Source: Pirellulales bacterium (lineage in GTDB: Bacteria; Planctomycetota; Planctomycetia; Pirellulales; PALSA-1355). From it: a stretch of 64,000 bases of DNA. The first letter of the stretch is position 1, and the number at the start of each line of letters is the position of its first letter. Location of the stretch: contig CAVTBU010000008.1 in assembly GCA_963733035.1 (NCBI GenBank), positions 192,001-256,000 on the forward strand, written 5' to 3'. Under the pieces are notes generated by a model. It saw only the letters and a program-made list of their open reading frames with translations, had not been told where the DNA came from and did not search any database. Of the stretch, positions 41,019-50,687 are shown piece after piece. Position numbers and translations under genes: made by a program.

Positions 41019-43052
41019 CTAGCGCGGCGGATCGAGTGTCACTTCAATTTTCACTTCCTGCCCCTTGCGTTTGACGATCACCGGCACTTTATCGCCCGCT
41101 TTGTACTTGCGCAAAGCACTGTCGAAGTCTTCCAAGTTGCCGATCTTACTCTCGCCAAAACGAACGATGTTATCTCCAGCCTGCAATCCGGCCCTTTCGG
41201 CTGGCCCCCCCTTGGTCACACCACTTAGCGCATAGCCCGGCTCTTCCTGCGCAAAGTCGGGAATGCTGCCAAAATACGGCCGATCGCCGCCACCGCCCAG
41301 CGACTCATTGCCGCCATGCACTTCCTGATATTGGGGCCTGGTATCGGCAGTCGCCAGCGCCAGCGCCATTTCACAAACCATCTCGGCAATCCGTCGCATG
41401 CCCGCTACATTCAACTTCTCAAAGTCGTCGGTGGGACGGTGATAGTCAGTGTGCGTGCCCGTGAAAAAAAACAATACCGGCACTTTCACGCCGTAGAACG
41501 AAGAATGATCGCTCGGCCCGAAACCGCTGGGCTTCTTGGTCACTTCAAAGCCGTAGTCTTTGCCAAATCGATCAACCAGGGCGTCAAATTCCTTCGCCGT
41601 GCCCGTGCCATGAACGATCAGCTTCTCATCGGTCAGCCGGCCGACCATGTCGAGGTTCAACATTGCCACGGTCTTGTCGATCGGAATGAGCGGCTCGCGG
41701 ACGTACCGGGCGCTGCCGATCAGACCACGTTCCTCGCCGGTGAAGGCGATAAAGACAATCCTCCGGGACGGCTTGCCCCGGGCCGCGATTTGCCGAGCGA
41801 CCTCGATTAACACGGTGGTGCCCGATCCGTTGTCGTCGGCGCCGTTGTGAATCTCGTGCACTCCCGGAGCCGCCGAACCCGCACCTCCCATCCCCAGATG
41901 GTCGTAGTGGGCTCCAATCACGATGCTTTCATCGGCATGCGGGCCTTCCCCCTCAAGAACACCGACCACGTTCTTGACCTCGACCTCGTGTCGCTCGACG
42001 TTTGTTTCGCCAGCCACTCGCCAGCCCGTCAATTCGCGACTTTGCGGAGTGGGCCCCTTATCGATCTGCAGCTCAAGCTCGGCGAGGGACGTACCGAGCG
42101 CGGATTCCACCACTTTGTTTAGCTCGCTGCGACGACAAAATAGGATCGGAAACTGCCGGCCCTCCGAGCCCTCGGAGCCTGCGCCCTCGAAAGGCAGCAG
42201 CGGGTCCTCGGCCTTCTGCAATTCGTCGGCATAGCGACGGAGTTCTTCGGCCAGTTGTTGAACCTTCTGCTGGTGCTTCTGCCAATCCTCTTGCGTGGGC
42301 TTTTCGACTTCCTTGAACTTGGCGTTGGTCTCTGCAATCTCGTCGACCGCCGCTTGCCAGCGATCGCGTACGGCGGCACTTTTCTTCCGAATATCGAATT
42401 CATCCGTGCAGAAAATGACCGCCGCCGCGCCGTGCTCGTATGCATTCGATACTTTGCGCCGAAAAGGAGCGTGCTGCGAATTGTCGGTGCCGTCGAAAAC
42501 GCTGTGCGGGTTGGCCTGCTGCGGCTCGTGACGGAGGATGACCACGGCCTTGCCCTTGACGTCGACTCCGTCATAGTCGTCGTAGTTTTCATGCTTTCCC
42601 GTGATACCGTATCCGACGAAAGTCAACGGCACGTCGAACTCGCCCGATCCGCCGATTGCCAGCGGCGTGAAGCCCTCGCCTAGTTTGACCTCGATTCGTC
42701 GCGGCTGGCCGCTCTCGCTTGCCGGGCCAACGAACGTGAGCGTATTCGGCGAACCCAGCTCCGCGCCGGTCACCATGTTGAACTTTTGAAAAGGCTGCCC
42801 ATCGAAAAGCTCCGTCTTCAGTCCAATCTCGCGGAATTGTTTGGCAATGTATTCGGCCGCCAGGTTAAGGCCCTCCGTTCCCACGCCACGCCCTTCGAGT
42901 TCATCGCTCGACAGATATTTGGCCGTGATCGCAAGCCGCCCTTCGATGGCACTGGAATCCTCGCCATCGGCAGCCGCCGCCGCAACCGGCGCGGCTACAA
43001 AGAGAAACATTGCCAGGAAAAACCGCCGCGAGGGGGAGTTCGAACGATTCAT
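41019..43052 (-). CDS. M28 family peptidase with PA and PDZ domains
   Basis: GAHYDH, GADDNGSG, TGEE, NLDMVG, SDH, DYH; C-terminal PDZ. Confidence 0.92.
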   Translation of the reverse strand: MNRSNSPSRRFFLAMFLFVAAPVAAAAADGEDSSAIEGRLAITAKYLSSDELEGRGVGTEGLNLAAEYIAKQFREIGLKTELFDGQPFQKFNMVTGAELGSPNTLTFVGPASESGQPRRIEVKLGEGFTPLAIGGSGEFDVPLTFVGYGITGKHENYDDYDGVDVKGKAVVILRHEPQQANPHSVFDGTDNSQHAPFRRKVSNAYEHGAAAVIFCTDEFDIRKKSAAVRDRWQAAVDEIAETNAKFKEVEKPTQEDWQKHQQKVQQLAEELRRYADELQKAEDPLLPFEGAGSEGSEGRQFPILFCRRSELNKVVESALGTSLAELELQIDKGPTPQSRELTGWRVAGETNVERHEVEVKNVVGVLEGEGPHADESIVIGAHYDHLGMGGAGSAAPGVHEIHNGADDNGSGTTVLIEVARQIAARGKPSRRIVFIAFTGEERGLIGSARYVREPLIPIDKTVAMLNLDMVGRLTDEKLIVHGTGTAKEFDALVDRFGKDYGFEVTKKPSGFGPSDHSSFYGVKVPVLFFFTGTHTDYHRPTDDFEKLNVAGMRRIAEMVCEMALALATADTRPQYQEVHGGNESLGGGGDRPYFGSIPDFAQEEPGYALSGVTKGGPAERAGLQAGDNIVRFGESKIGNLEDFDSALRKYKAGDKVPVIVKRKGQEVKIEVTLDPPR

Positions 43053-43379
43053 GGGCTGCGTCGTTTCAAGCAAGCGGATGGCGGGGAAGGCACGCGTCAT
43101 ACGGCAAACGCGTTGCTGGAAGAGGGAACTCCGAACACCTGATTCTTTGTCGCTCACCGCAACTCGTCAAGTCGTGGCGGTCTCCGGCGCTGGATCGCGC
43201 CGGTTGTACCCGTCACACGGCCTCCTGGCAAACCGTGCGGCCGGTCGGGGAACGGGCAGCAAGGGCAAAAGCCTATCATTGCCCCCGAATGCCCCATAAA
43301 ATGCAGGGAGCCGCGAAAGCGGGCGTTTCGACTAGCTAGTCGAACGCCGACGGACCATCTACCTGCGTCCAAGGGAGTT

Positions 43380-45107
43380 GTGCTCGTGCCCTCGCTGTAC
43401 GTCGCCAAGGGTCAGGATCAGGGCGCGCTGTTCGATATCGACGAAGGCAAGGTCGGCATCGGCCGCGACGCCGCGAACGCAATACGCCTGCACGATACGG
43501 AAGTCTCACGCCGACATGCCGAACTCTGCTACGACGGCAGTGTCTGCCTTGTCGTTGACCTGGGGAGTTCGAACGGCACGTTCGTCAACGGCCACCGCAT
43601 CGACGAAGAGAATCAGCTCGCCACCGGCGATCGCGTGCAGGTTGGCGGAACCGTCATGCTCTTCACTGATGAAGCCGGGCGAATGCCCGAGGACATCTCG
43701 GACAAGGTCGACATCACGCCGGGCTTGATCTCCGACAGCTCGCGGATCATCCGCAAGATGAGCCATCAGGAAGGCAGCCAACTGTTGAATTTCGACTTCG
43801 AGGGGGCCGCCAGCCCCTGGTTGGCCCGCGCTCGTAGCAATTTGCAGATCATGTATCGCACGGCTTTGGCTGTCAGCCACACGCTCGACATCGATCAATT
43901 GCTAGGGCGCATCATGCAGTTGATCTTCGAGTGGGTTGAAGCCGATCGGGGCTGCATCATGCTACTCGATGAGCAAACGAAGCAACTGGTACCCAAAGTC
44001 CGCCGCAATCGTCAGGGAGTGGAATCTCCCGAGAAACTGGCCATCAGCAAAACAATTCTTGATTATGTGATGCAGCACAATGAGGGCGTGTTAACGAGCG
44101 ATGCCAAGGAGGACCTGCGCTGGGACAACGCGGCCAGCATCGTGCAGATGGGCATTCGCGAGGCGATTTGCGTGCCGATGCAGGGTCGCTACGACGTCGT
44201 GGGCGTTATCTACATCGATACCTCGATCACACCGCAGCGGATCATTCAGCAAAAGGGACAACAGAACAAGTTCACCGAAGAGCATCTCAAGTTGATGATT
44301 GCGATCGCCCACCAGGCCGCGCTCGCGGTAGAAGACACGCGCCACTACGGAGCGATGATGCAGGCCGAACGGCTGGCGGCCGTCGGCCAAACGATCGCTT
44401 TGCTGTCGCACCACATCAAGAACATCCTGCAGGGCATTAGCGGAGGCAGCTACGTCGTGGAACTCGGCCTGGAACAGCGCGACGAGGAAAAGATTCGTAA
44501 AGGCTGGAACAACGTCAACCGAAATCTAAACAAGATTTCGGCCATGGTGCTAGACATGCTCACGTTCAGCAAGGAGCGCGAGCCAGACCCGGTTCCCAGC
44601 GACATCAACAAGGTGGTCGCCGAAGTTGTCGAACTGGCCCAGGCCAAGGCAGCCGAACAACACGTGACCGTCGAGTACCGCCCTGGTGACGACATTCCCA
44701 CCTTTGCCTTCGACCCCGAGGGCATCCATCGGGCCGTGCTGAATGTCGCTGCCAACGCCGTGGACGCCTGCGAAGACAGAGAGGACGGCAAAGTCATTAT
44801 CGCCACCGCATATTGCGCGGAACAGGGTGTTGTGCAAATCACAATCGAAGACAACGGTGTGGGAATTCCGCCCGAAGATATCGACAAGATCTTTACGATC
44901 TTCGTTTCGGGCAAGGGAAGCCGTGGCACGGGACTAGGCTTGCCCGTGAGTCGCAAGATCCTGCAGGAACATGGCGGCAACATTCACGTCACCAGCACGG
45001 TTGGACAGGGAAGCCGCTTCACGCTGGATTTTCCAGCAGTTACCGCCGGCACCCTCGCAGAAAAGTCAGCGGCGGAAGCCAAAACGGGCGAGATGTCCCG
45101 CCCCTAG
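43380..45107 (+). CDS. FHA-GAF-histidine kinase
   Basis: FHA (IGR, VSRRH, SSNGTFVNG), GAF, H-box SHHIKNIL, DNGVGI and GTGLGL. Confidence 0.92.
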   Translation: MLVPSLYVAKGQDQGALFDIDEGKVGIGRDAANAIRLHDTEVSRRHAELCYDGSVCLVVDLGSSNGTFVNGHRIDEENQLATGDRVQVGGTVMLFTDEAGRMPEDISDKVDITPGLISDSSRIIRKMSHQEGSQLLNFDFEGAASPWLARARSNLQIMYRTALAVSHTLDIDQLLGRIMQLIFEWVEADRGCIMLLDEQTKQLVPKVRRNRQGVESPEKLAISKTILDYVMQHNEGVLTSDAKEDLRWDNAASIVQMGIREAICVPMQGRYDVVGVIYIDTSITPQRIIQQKGQQNKFTEEHLKLMIAIAHQAALAVEDTRHYGAMMQAERLAAVGQTIALLSHHIKNILQGISGGSYVVELGLEQRDEEKIRKGWNNVNRNLNKISAMVLDMLTFSKEREPDPVPSDINKVVAEVVELAQAKAAEQHVTVEYRPGDDIPTFAFDPEGIHRAVLNVAANAVDACEDREDGKVIIATAYCAEQGVVQITIEDNGVGIPPEDIDKIFTIFVSGKGSRGTGLGLPVSRKILQEHGGNIHVTSTVGQGSRFTLDFPAVTAGTLAEKSAAEAKTGEMSRP

Positions 45108-45122
45108 CGGTCCGTCTGGCTG

Positions 45123-45794
45123 CTAGTCTGTGTAGCCGGCCGGTTTGCCCACGAACGGATTGTTTTGCTTTTCCTCGCCGACGGTCGTCGTCGGCCCGTG
45201 CCCTGGCAACACGATTGTGGCCGCGTCCAGCGAGAACAGCTTCTCCCAAATCCCGGCAGCTAGTTGCTCAAAGCTGCCATCGGGAAAGTCGGTGCGGCCG
45301 ATGCTGCCGGCAAACAAAACGTCGCCTCCAAAGACAATCGCCGGTTGCACGTTCTGAACGATGAACACGACGTGGCCGCTCGAGTGCCCCGGTATTTCGC
45401 GCACCAGCAAATCAAAGCCGGCCCCGCTATACATGTCGCCCTCTCCCACCAAAATATCCCCCGGCGGACTGACCAGGTGAGCACCAAATGCGGCGGAAAG
45501 GTTTAGCGCCGGGCTCGTCAATTTGTCGGCATCGCCGCGGCTGACGACGATCGGGCAGTCGGGATAGCAGCGTTTGAGCTCTCCGTTGCCCGCGATGTGA
45601 TCGCTATGCCCGTGCGTGATCAGAATGGCCGCCGGGGTCAGTCCCTCGCGCTTGAGATGCGCGATGATTTCGTCTGGTTCGAGCCCCGGGTCCACCACCA
45701 AACAGTCGCTGCGACCCAGCAGATAGGCGATGTAAGTGTTTTCCTCAAAGGGAGCGGAAACGACCGCCGCCACCCGGATCGACGAAGAGTCCAC
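45123..45794 (-). CDS. MBL-fold metallo-hydrolase (glyoxalase II-like)
   Basis: THGHSDH, PGHS, GD, PGHG. Confidence 0.92.
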   Translation of the reverse strand: MDSSSIRVAAVVSAPFEENTYIAYLLGRSDCLVVDPGLEPDEIIAHLKREGLTPAAILITHGHSDHIAGNGELKRCYPDCPIVVSRGDADKLTSPALNLSAAFGAHLVSPPGDILVGEGDMYSGAGFDLLVREIPGHSSGHVVFIVQNVQPAIVFGGDVLFAGSIGRTDFPDGSFEQLAAGIWEKLFSLDAATIVLPGHGPTTTVGEEKQNNPFVGKPAGYTD

Positions 45795-46180
45795 AAAATC
45801 GCCCTTTCCTGAATTGCGTGCGATCTAGTAAAAGCAGGCAAGTCCTACCGACCCCCGTCGGTCCTGTGCTTGCAACGGATTAGGTAAACAGGGCCGGTCG
45901 CACGAAGCAATGTAATATAAGTCCAAGCGCCGTGGCGATAAACCACCTAGGGCGGCGAATTGGCCACGCCGTGGGCTAATTGGCTCTGATGACCTCGAAC
46001 GGCACTCCACACTAGCGCGTGCAAGCTTGGCTAGCGGGATTTGGCTAGCAAAACCCAAACCTTTTCTTGCACTCACGCCGGAGAAGAATTGCTGCTGTAT
46101 GCCGGACGCAAGAGGCCCGAAGCGCCGCTTCGCGCGATTTTCAATCGTCCGGGTTCAGCAACTCTGTCAGGAGACAATTG

Positions 46181-47119
46181 ATGACCCACGGTAAATGGCT
46201 ACTTGGATTGGCAGTGACCGGCAGCTCGTTGGCCCTTGCAACCACCAGCCTGTTGGCCCAAGCACCCGCAACCGGCGGACGCCCAGGGCGCGATCAGCTG
46301 CCGCGGCCCGTGTATCGCGTGGGACAACTGCCCGACAACCAGCCCCGAGTGGCGGCGAATAACAACCTGCCTTCCCAGCCGGCGACGCCATCGCCCCAGG
46401 AGCCGACGGCACCCAACCCCGCCGAGCATCCGCTTGAGCCCGCGTTGCGGATGGCCCGGGCGGCAGTCATCAATATCAACGAAAACATCCATGACTACTC
46501 GGCCGTGATGGTCAAACGCGAGCGAGTCAATGGAAAGCTCAATGAGCAGGAGTTCATGTACATTAAAATTCGGCACCAGCCGTTCAGCGTGTACATGTAC
46601 TTCCTGGGCCCGGAGAAGCTTCGCGGCCAAGAGGCGATTTACGTCGAGGGCCAAAACAACGGCAACCTGCTGGGGCACGGCGTGGGAATTAAGAAAATCG
46701 CCGGCACCGTTCCGTTGCAGCCGACCGGAGCCTTGGCCATGGCCGGTCAGCGATACCCGATCACGGAGATTGGCTTTCTGAACCTGACAAAGCGGCTGGT
46801 CGAGGTCGCCGAGCAAGACAAGCAATATGGCGAGTGTGAAGTTAAATTCTATAAGGGCGCCAAGATCAACGGCCGCTCGGCCACTTGCATCCAGGTCGAG
46901 CACCCCGTGCCCCGCAAGAACTTTCGCTTTCACAAAGCCTTGGTGTTCGTCGACGACGAGTTGAATATTCCAGTGCGCTACGAAGCCTACGACTGGCCGG
47001 CCACGCCGGGCGGTCCGCCGCAATTGCTCGAAGAGTACACCTACACGGACATCAAACTGAACAATGGCTTCACCGACGCCGACTTCAGCGAGCACAATCC
47101 CAACTACCATTTCCATTAA
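46181..47119 (+). CDS. DUF1571-like secreted protein
   Basis: Signal peptide, KRERVNG, PFSVYMYF, RYPITEIG, LLEEYTY. Confidence 0.8.
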   Translation: MTHGKWLLGLAVTGSSLALATTSLLAQAPATGGRPGRDQLPRPVYRVGQLPDNQPRVAANNNLPSQPATPSPQEPTAPNPAEHPLEPALRMARAAVININENIHDYSAVMVKRERVNGKLNEQEFMYIKIRHQPFSVYMYFLGPEKLRGQEAIYVEGQNNGNLLGHGVGIKKIAGTVPLQPTGALAMAGQRYPITEIGFLNLTKRLVEVAEQDKQYGECEVKFYKGAKINGRSATCIQVEHPVPRKNFRFHKALVFVDDELNIPVRYEAYDWPATPGGPPQLLEEYTYTDIKLNNGFTDADFSEHNPNYHFH

Positions 47120-47146
47120 CTCGATCGGTTCGAGTAACGTCAACGG

Positions 47147-47186
47147 AAAAGGGCCACCGACACAGCGATTCGTCGGTGGCCCTTTT
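47147..47186. terminator. Bidirectional terminator
   Basis: AAAAGGGCCACCGAC/GTCGGTGGCCCTTTT between convergent genes. Confidence 0.85.
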
Positions 47187-47208
47187 GCTTTGGCAGCTCG
47201 CCAAATCG

Positions 47209-48762
47209 CTAGTAGCGTGATCCGGCAGGTCGGGTGGCCGTTTGCTCCCGCGCCGGCATGACCAGTTCGGTGCCGGGGCGCAGGTAGTCGAAGTCCTCGC
47301 CGAGAATGTCACGATTGAGCTGGTAGATTTCAGCCCAGCGCGAAGCCTTACCGAGTTCGTAACGCGCGATGTCGAACAGCGTGTCCCCTTCGGCGACGAT
47401 ATAGACGTCGTCATCGGCGCGCCGCTGGGCTGCCGCCGGCGGTAGCGAACGAGGCTGCACTAATGCGCTCTTTCGCTGTTTCGGGCAAAGACTCGGAAAG
47501 TCGCGTTCGAGTTCCTCGCTCGGTGGCACCGCAACCTGTGAACCGACCGTCAACTTATCGGATCGCGGCAGACTCGAACGATTGCGCGCCGCCAAGGCTT
47601 TGAAGAAGCCGCCGGTGCCGTAAACCTTTTCGGATATGCTCCACAGAGTATCGCCGGGCTGCACGGTATACATCCCATTTTCCACCGGAAGCGGCTCGCT
47701 GTCGGCTGTCATGGCACCAAGTTGGGCGGTTGAAGTGCTCGTCTGCCAATCATCGGCCGCGGTCCGTGGACCCGACTCAGAGCGATCAAAGGCGCTCCGC
47801 TGCCCTTCTGTCGCCGCCTCGGCCGTCGCGCTTGGTTCCGGTTCCGATTCGTATCGATCGAACGCCGACCCTGACTCTTCGGCCTGTGAAGCGCTGGTTG
47901 TTCGTTGAGCCGAATCGATCGCCCCGAACGATTCCACTTGCTTTGAATCGCCTGGCAGAATTTGCTCTGCTTCGGATGACGACGCCTCCTGCGATCCAAA
48001 CGGATCACGACCGCCAGGCGCCGTGGCAGCATCGCCATCTGCGTTGTCGAATGGATCGCGTCGCGGCATCGTCGGCGCTTGCGTCGCGGTCGTTCCCGAG
48101 GCGTAGGGGTCGGCTGCCGGCAGTTCCATCTCGGAGGCAACAGTAGTACTGGATCCTTGGGCCGTGTCGATTGGTTCCTGGGCGCTCAAGCGACGTAACG
48201 GATTGCCGCTTTGAGAAGGGTTAGCTTGCGGCAACTCGAACGCCCCCTCCTCGCTCACCTGAGCCGGCTCGGTTTTCATCACCATATCAACGGGCTCACC
48301 GGACTGTCGGTCAAATGGCCCGGCGCTCGGGGTTGATTCAGCGGAAAACTCCGGTTGACCCTCCTCTGTTTCAGAAGGCTGGCTCACACTCACCTGCGGA
48401 GCCAGTCCCAAATCCGGCTGCGATGGTTCCCCAGGATTGGCATATGGATCTCGCGGCAACTCGGCATCGGCCTGGGGCTGATCCGGCATGTACGACGCAG
48501 TCGGGGCCTGGTCCACTGTCGCGACATCCGGCTCCTGTTGGTCGTCCCACAACTTCGAGCGGATGCCACCCGGTTCAGGGCTCGCCACGACGACGTTTGG
48601 CTCGGCCATCCCGTCACTCGACAGAGGCTCGATCGGTGCTCTTGCCTCTTCGACACCGCTCGACGCGGGATGGCTGGCCGCGAAATATCGGAACAGCAAG
48701 ACGCCAAAGATCGACAACAGCATGCCGATCACGGCTAGCCCTATTTTCGTTTCCTTGCCCAT
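47209..48762 (-). CDS. Membrane-anchored protein with long acidic linker and two LysM domains
   Basis: N-terminal TM helix; YTVQPGDTLWSIS and YIVAEGDTLFDIA; AGGAGG RBS. Confidence 0.88.
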   Translation of the reverse strand: MGKETKIGLAVIGMLLSIFGVLLFRYFAASHPASSGVEEARAPIEPLSSDGMAEPNVVVASPEPGGIRSKLWDDQQEPDVATVDQAPTASYMPDQPQADAELPRDPYANPGEPSQPDLGLAPQVSVSQPSETEEGQPEFSAESTPSAGPFDRQSGEPVDMVMKTEPAQVSEEGAFELPQANPSQSGNPLRRLSAQEPIDTAQGSSTTVASEMELPAADPYASGTTATQAPTMPRRDPFDNADGDAATAPGGRDPFGSQEASSSEAEQILPGDSKQVESFGAIDSAQRTTSASQAEESGSAFDRYESEPEPSATAEAATEGQRSAFDRSESGPRTAADDWQTSTSTAQLGAMTADSEPLPVENGMYTVQPGDTLWSISEKVYGTGGFFKALAARNRSSLPRSDKLTVGSQVAVPPSEELERDFPSLCPKQRKSALVQPRSLPPAAAQRRADDDVYIVAEGDTLFDIARYELGKASRWAEIYQLNRDILGEDFDYLRPGTELVMPAREQTATRPAGSRY

Positions 48763-48835
48763 GATTTTAGCCTCCTGCTTCATGGCCGACGCGTGCTCGA
48801 AATTCGTCACGCGCGGGTAATCCACGTCCTTGGTT

Positions 48836-49723
48836 TCATCCGGCGCGTTTCGCAACGCGGAGCTTCGCGCTATGCGCGCGGGGATTTCGCAAGACTTCGG
48901 CTTCGCTCGGCCTGAGCGGTTTGCGGGTGACCATCTCCCAGCGCTGGTCGTCACGAAATGCTTCTTTAATGATCCGATCTTCCAGCGAGTGGAAACTGAT
49001 TGCCGCCAGTCGTCCGCCCGGCGCCAAGTAGTTCGGAAAAATGGCCAACGCTCGGCGAAGCGACCCCAGTTCGTCGTTCACGGCAATTCGCAAGGCCTGG
49101 AAAGTTCGAGTCGCCGGATCGATCCGCCGGGTGTCGGCCGATCGGGGAACCACGGCCCGGACCAGGTCCGCCAGATCCTTGGCAGTGCGAATTGGCTGTG
49201 TGGTTCTACGCTCGACGATCGAGCGGGCAATTCGTCGGCTATGCCGCTCTTCGCCCAGCTGATAAATCAGATCGGCAAGCTCCGTGACTTTCAGTCGCTC
49301 AAGCAGTCGCCACGCCGGCTCGCCACTATCGGTGTCAAAGCGCAGATCGAGCTCTCCCGCCGAGTCGAAGCTGAATCCGCGCTCGCTGTCGGCAAGCTGA
49401 TCGCTCGATAGTCCCAGATCGAGAACGATGCCATCAACCCTGTCGATTCCCACTTGCTCGAGCACTTCACCCAGTTCGCAGAAGTTGGCGGCGGCGATTT
49501 TCACCGGCAGGCCGGCCAGGTTGTTCTCCGCGGCCGCCAAGGCCGTCTCATCACGGTCAAGCGCAATTACCAGCCCATCAGCTCCAACCTTCTCGGCCAA
49601 GGCTCGGGTGTGTCCGCCACCGCCGAGCGTGCCATCAATGAACGTCTGACCGGCGCACGGCTGGAGCGCTGCCACGACCTCGTTGAGCATGACCGAAATG
49701 TGAATGGAAGGGGAAGGGGACAT
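48836..49723 (-). CDS. rsmH: 16S rRNA m4C1402 methyltransferase RsmH
   Basis: HISVM, DGTLGGGGH, DLGLSS, FQALRIAVNDEL, SFHSLEDR, NPRAHSAKLR. Confidence 0.95.
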   Translation of the reverse strand: MSPSPSIHISVMLNEVVAALQPCAGQTFIDGTLGGGGHTRALAEKVGADGLVIALDRDETALAAAENNLAGLPVKIAAANFCELGEVLEQVGIDRVDGIVLDLGLSSDQLADSERGFSFDSAGELDLRFDTDSGEPAWRLLERLKVTELADLIYQLGEERHSRRIARSIVERRTTQPIRTAKDLADLVRAVVPRSADTRRIDPATRTFQALRIAVNDELGSLRRALAIFPNYLAPGGRLAAISFHSLEDRIIKEAFRDDQRWEMVTRKPLRPSEAEVLRNPRAHSAKLRVAKRAG

Positions 49724-49803
49724 GCCGCGCGAGTAATCGGTGGGTATGGTTGCCAGTGCCATCCCCCGCATTGAAACCACAAACTGCAAATGGGGACAGG
49801 TCA

Positions 49804-49995
49804 AAGCCCCGACCCGGGACACCTCCTTGCGCCCGGGATGGTGGGGCTTGCGGGACGCGGCCTCTAGCACCGCGCTCCGCTGACGTTCGCAAAACCCGAT
49901 AGCAATCCTTGCTTCGGGCCTGTCGAGCCGCAGGCGGTCAGTCGGTGGCCTGTGACTGACCTCCCAGCTCGCACAAGCAAATTGCGAACGTCGGA
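49804..49995 (-). ncRNA. Candidate structured cis-RNA between mraZ and rsmH
   Basis: 11-bp closing helix enclosing three hairpins, then two more hairpins; G-U pairs favour the minus strand. Confidence 0.5.
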
Positions 49996-50063
49996 CGGAC
50001 AAACCTGGCATGAACTCCTGCGATTAGGCCACCCGCCGTGTAGCGTATTGATCTGCTTCTCCC

Positions 50064-50513
50064 CTACGAGGCGGGCTTTTCGAAGGCCGCTTCGGCGATT
50101 CGGTCGTATTGGCTCTGTCGATCGGCTACGTACTGCTCCCAACGGCCGCGGTCCCAAAGCTCCAAGTGGTCGAGCACGCCGACGAGCACGGCTTCTTTGC
50201 CCAGTCCGGCCAGAGCAGCCAACTCAGGCGGAACGCGTACTCGCCCCTGGCCGTCCAACTCCACCGCTTGTGCCCGAGCATAGAACAGGCGGCTGTAGGC
50301 CCGCACGTCCGTTGCATTGGGTGAGGCCTGTGCCAGACGCCGAGCCAACTCGGCGAGAGATTCCTCCGTGTAAATAGCCAACGAGCCGTCGGTGCCTGGC
50401 GTGACATACAGCACTCCTTTGGCCAGGGCCCCCAGGGCTTCTCTGAGAGGCTTGGGAATTGCGACTCGAAGCTTTTCGTCGACCGCTCGTCCAAACGTTC
50501 CGGTCAACAACAT
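50064..50513 (-). CDS. mraZ: Transcriptional regulator MraZ
   Basis: VDEKLRVAIP, LDGQGRVRVP, VGVLDHLELWD; upstream of rsmH. Confidence 0.93.
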   Translation of the reverse strand: MLLTGTFGRAVDEKLRVAIPKPLREALGALAKGVLYVTPGTDGSLAIYTEESLAELARRLAQASPNATDVRAYSRLFYARAQAVELDGQGRVRVPPELAALAGLGKEAVLVGVLDHLELWDRGRWEQYVADRQSQYDRIAEAAFEKPAS

Positions 50514-50517
50514 GCTT

Positions 50518-50573
50518 CACCACAAATCCCCACAACTCACCAACGAAGCCCAAAGATAGCCAGTTCCCGCCAT
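50518..50573 (-). promoter_or_regulatory. MraZ-binding repeat array
   Basis: TGG recurs six times at exact 10-nt period just upstream of mraZ (GTGGTG, GTGGGG, TTGGTG, TTGGGC, CTGGCT, ATGGCG). Confidence 0.75.
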
Positions 50574-50687
50574 GCGTCAAGCGCATTTTTTTGACCAATC
50601 GGTCGGCGCGGGAACATTCGAACCGAAAGTGTTACGCGGCCGTGCTCTGCGACAAAAAACGGCGCGGGAAAAAACTTCACGCGATCG

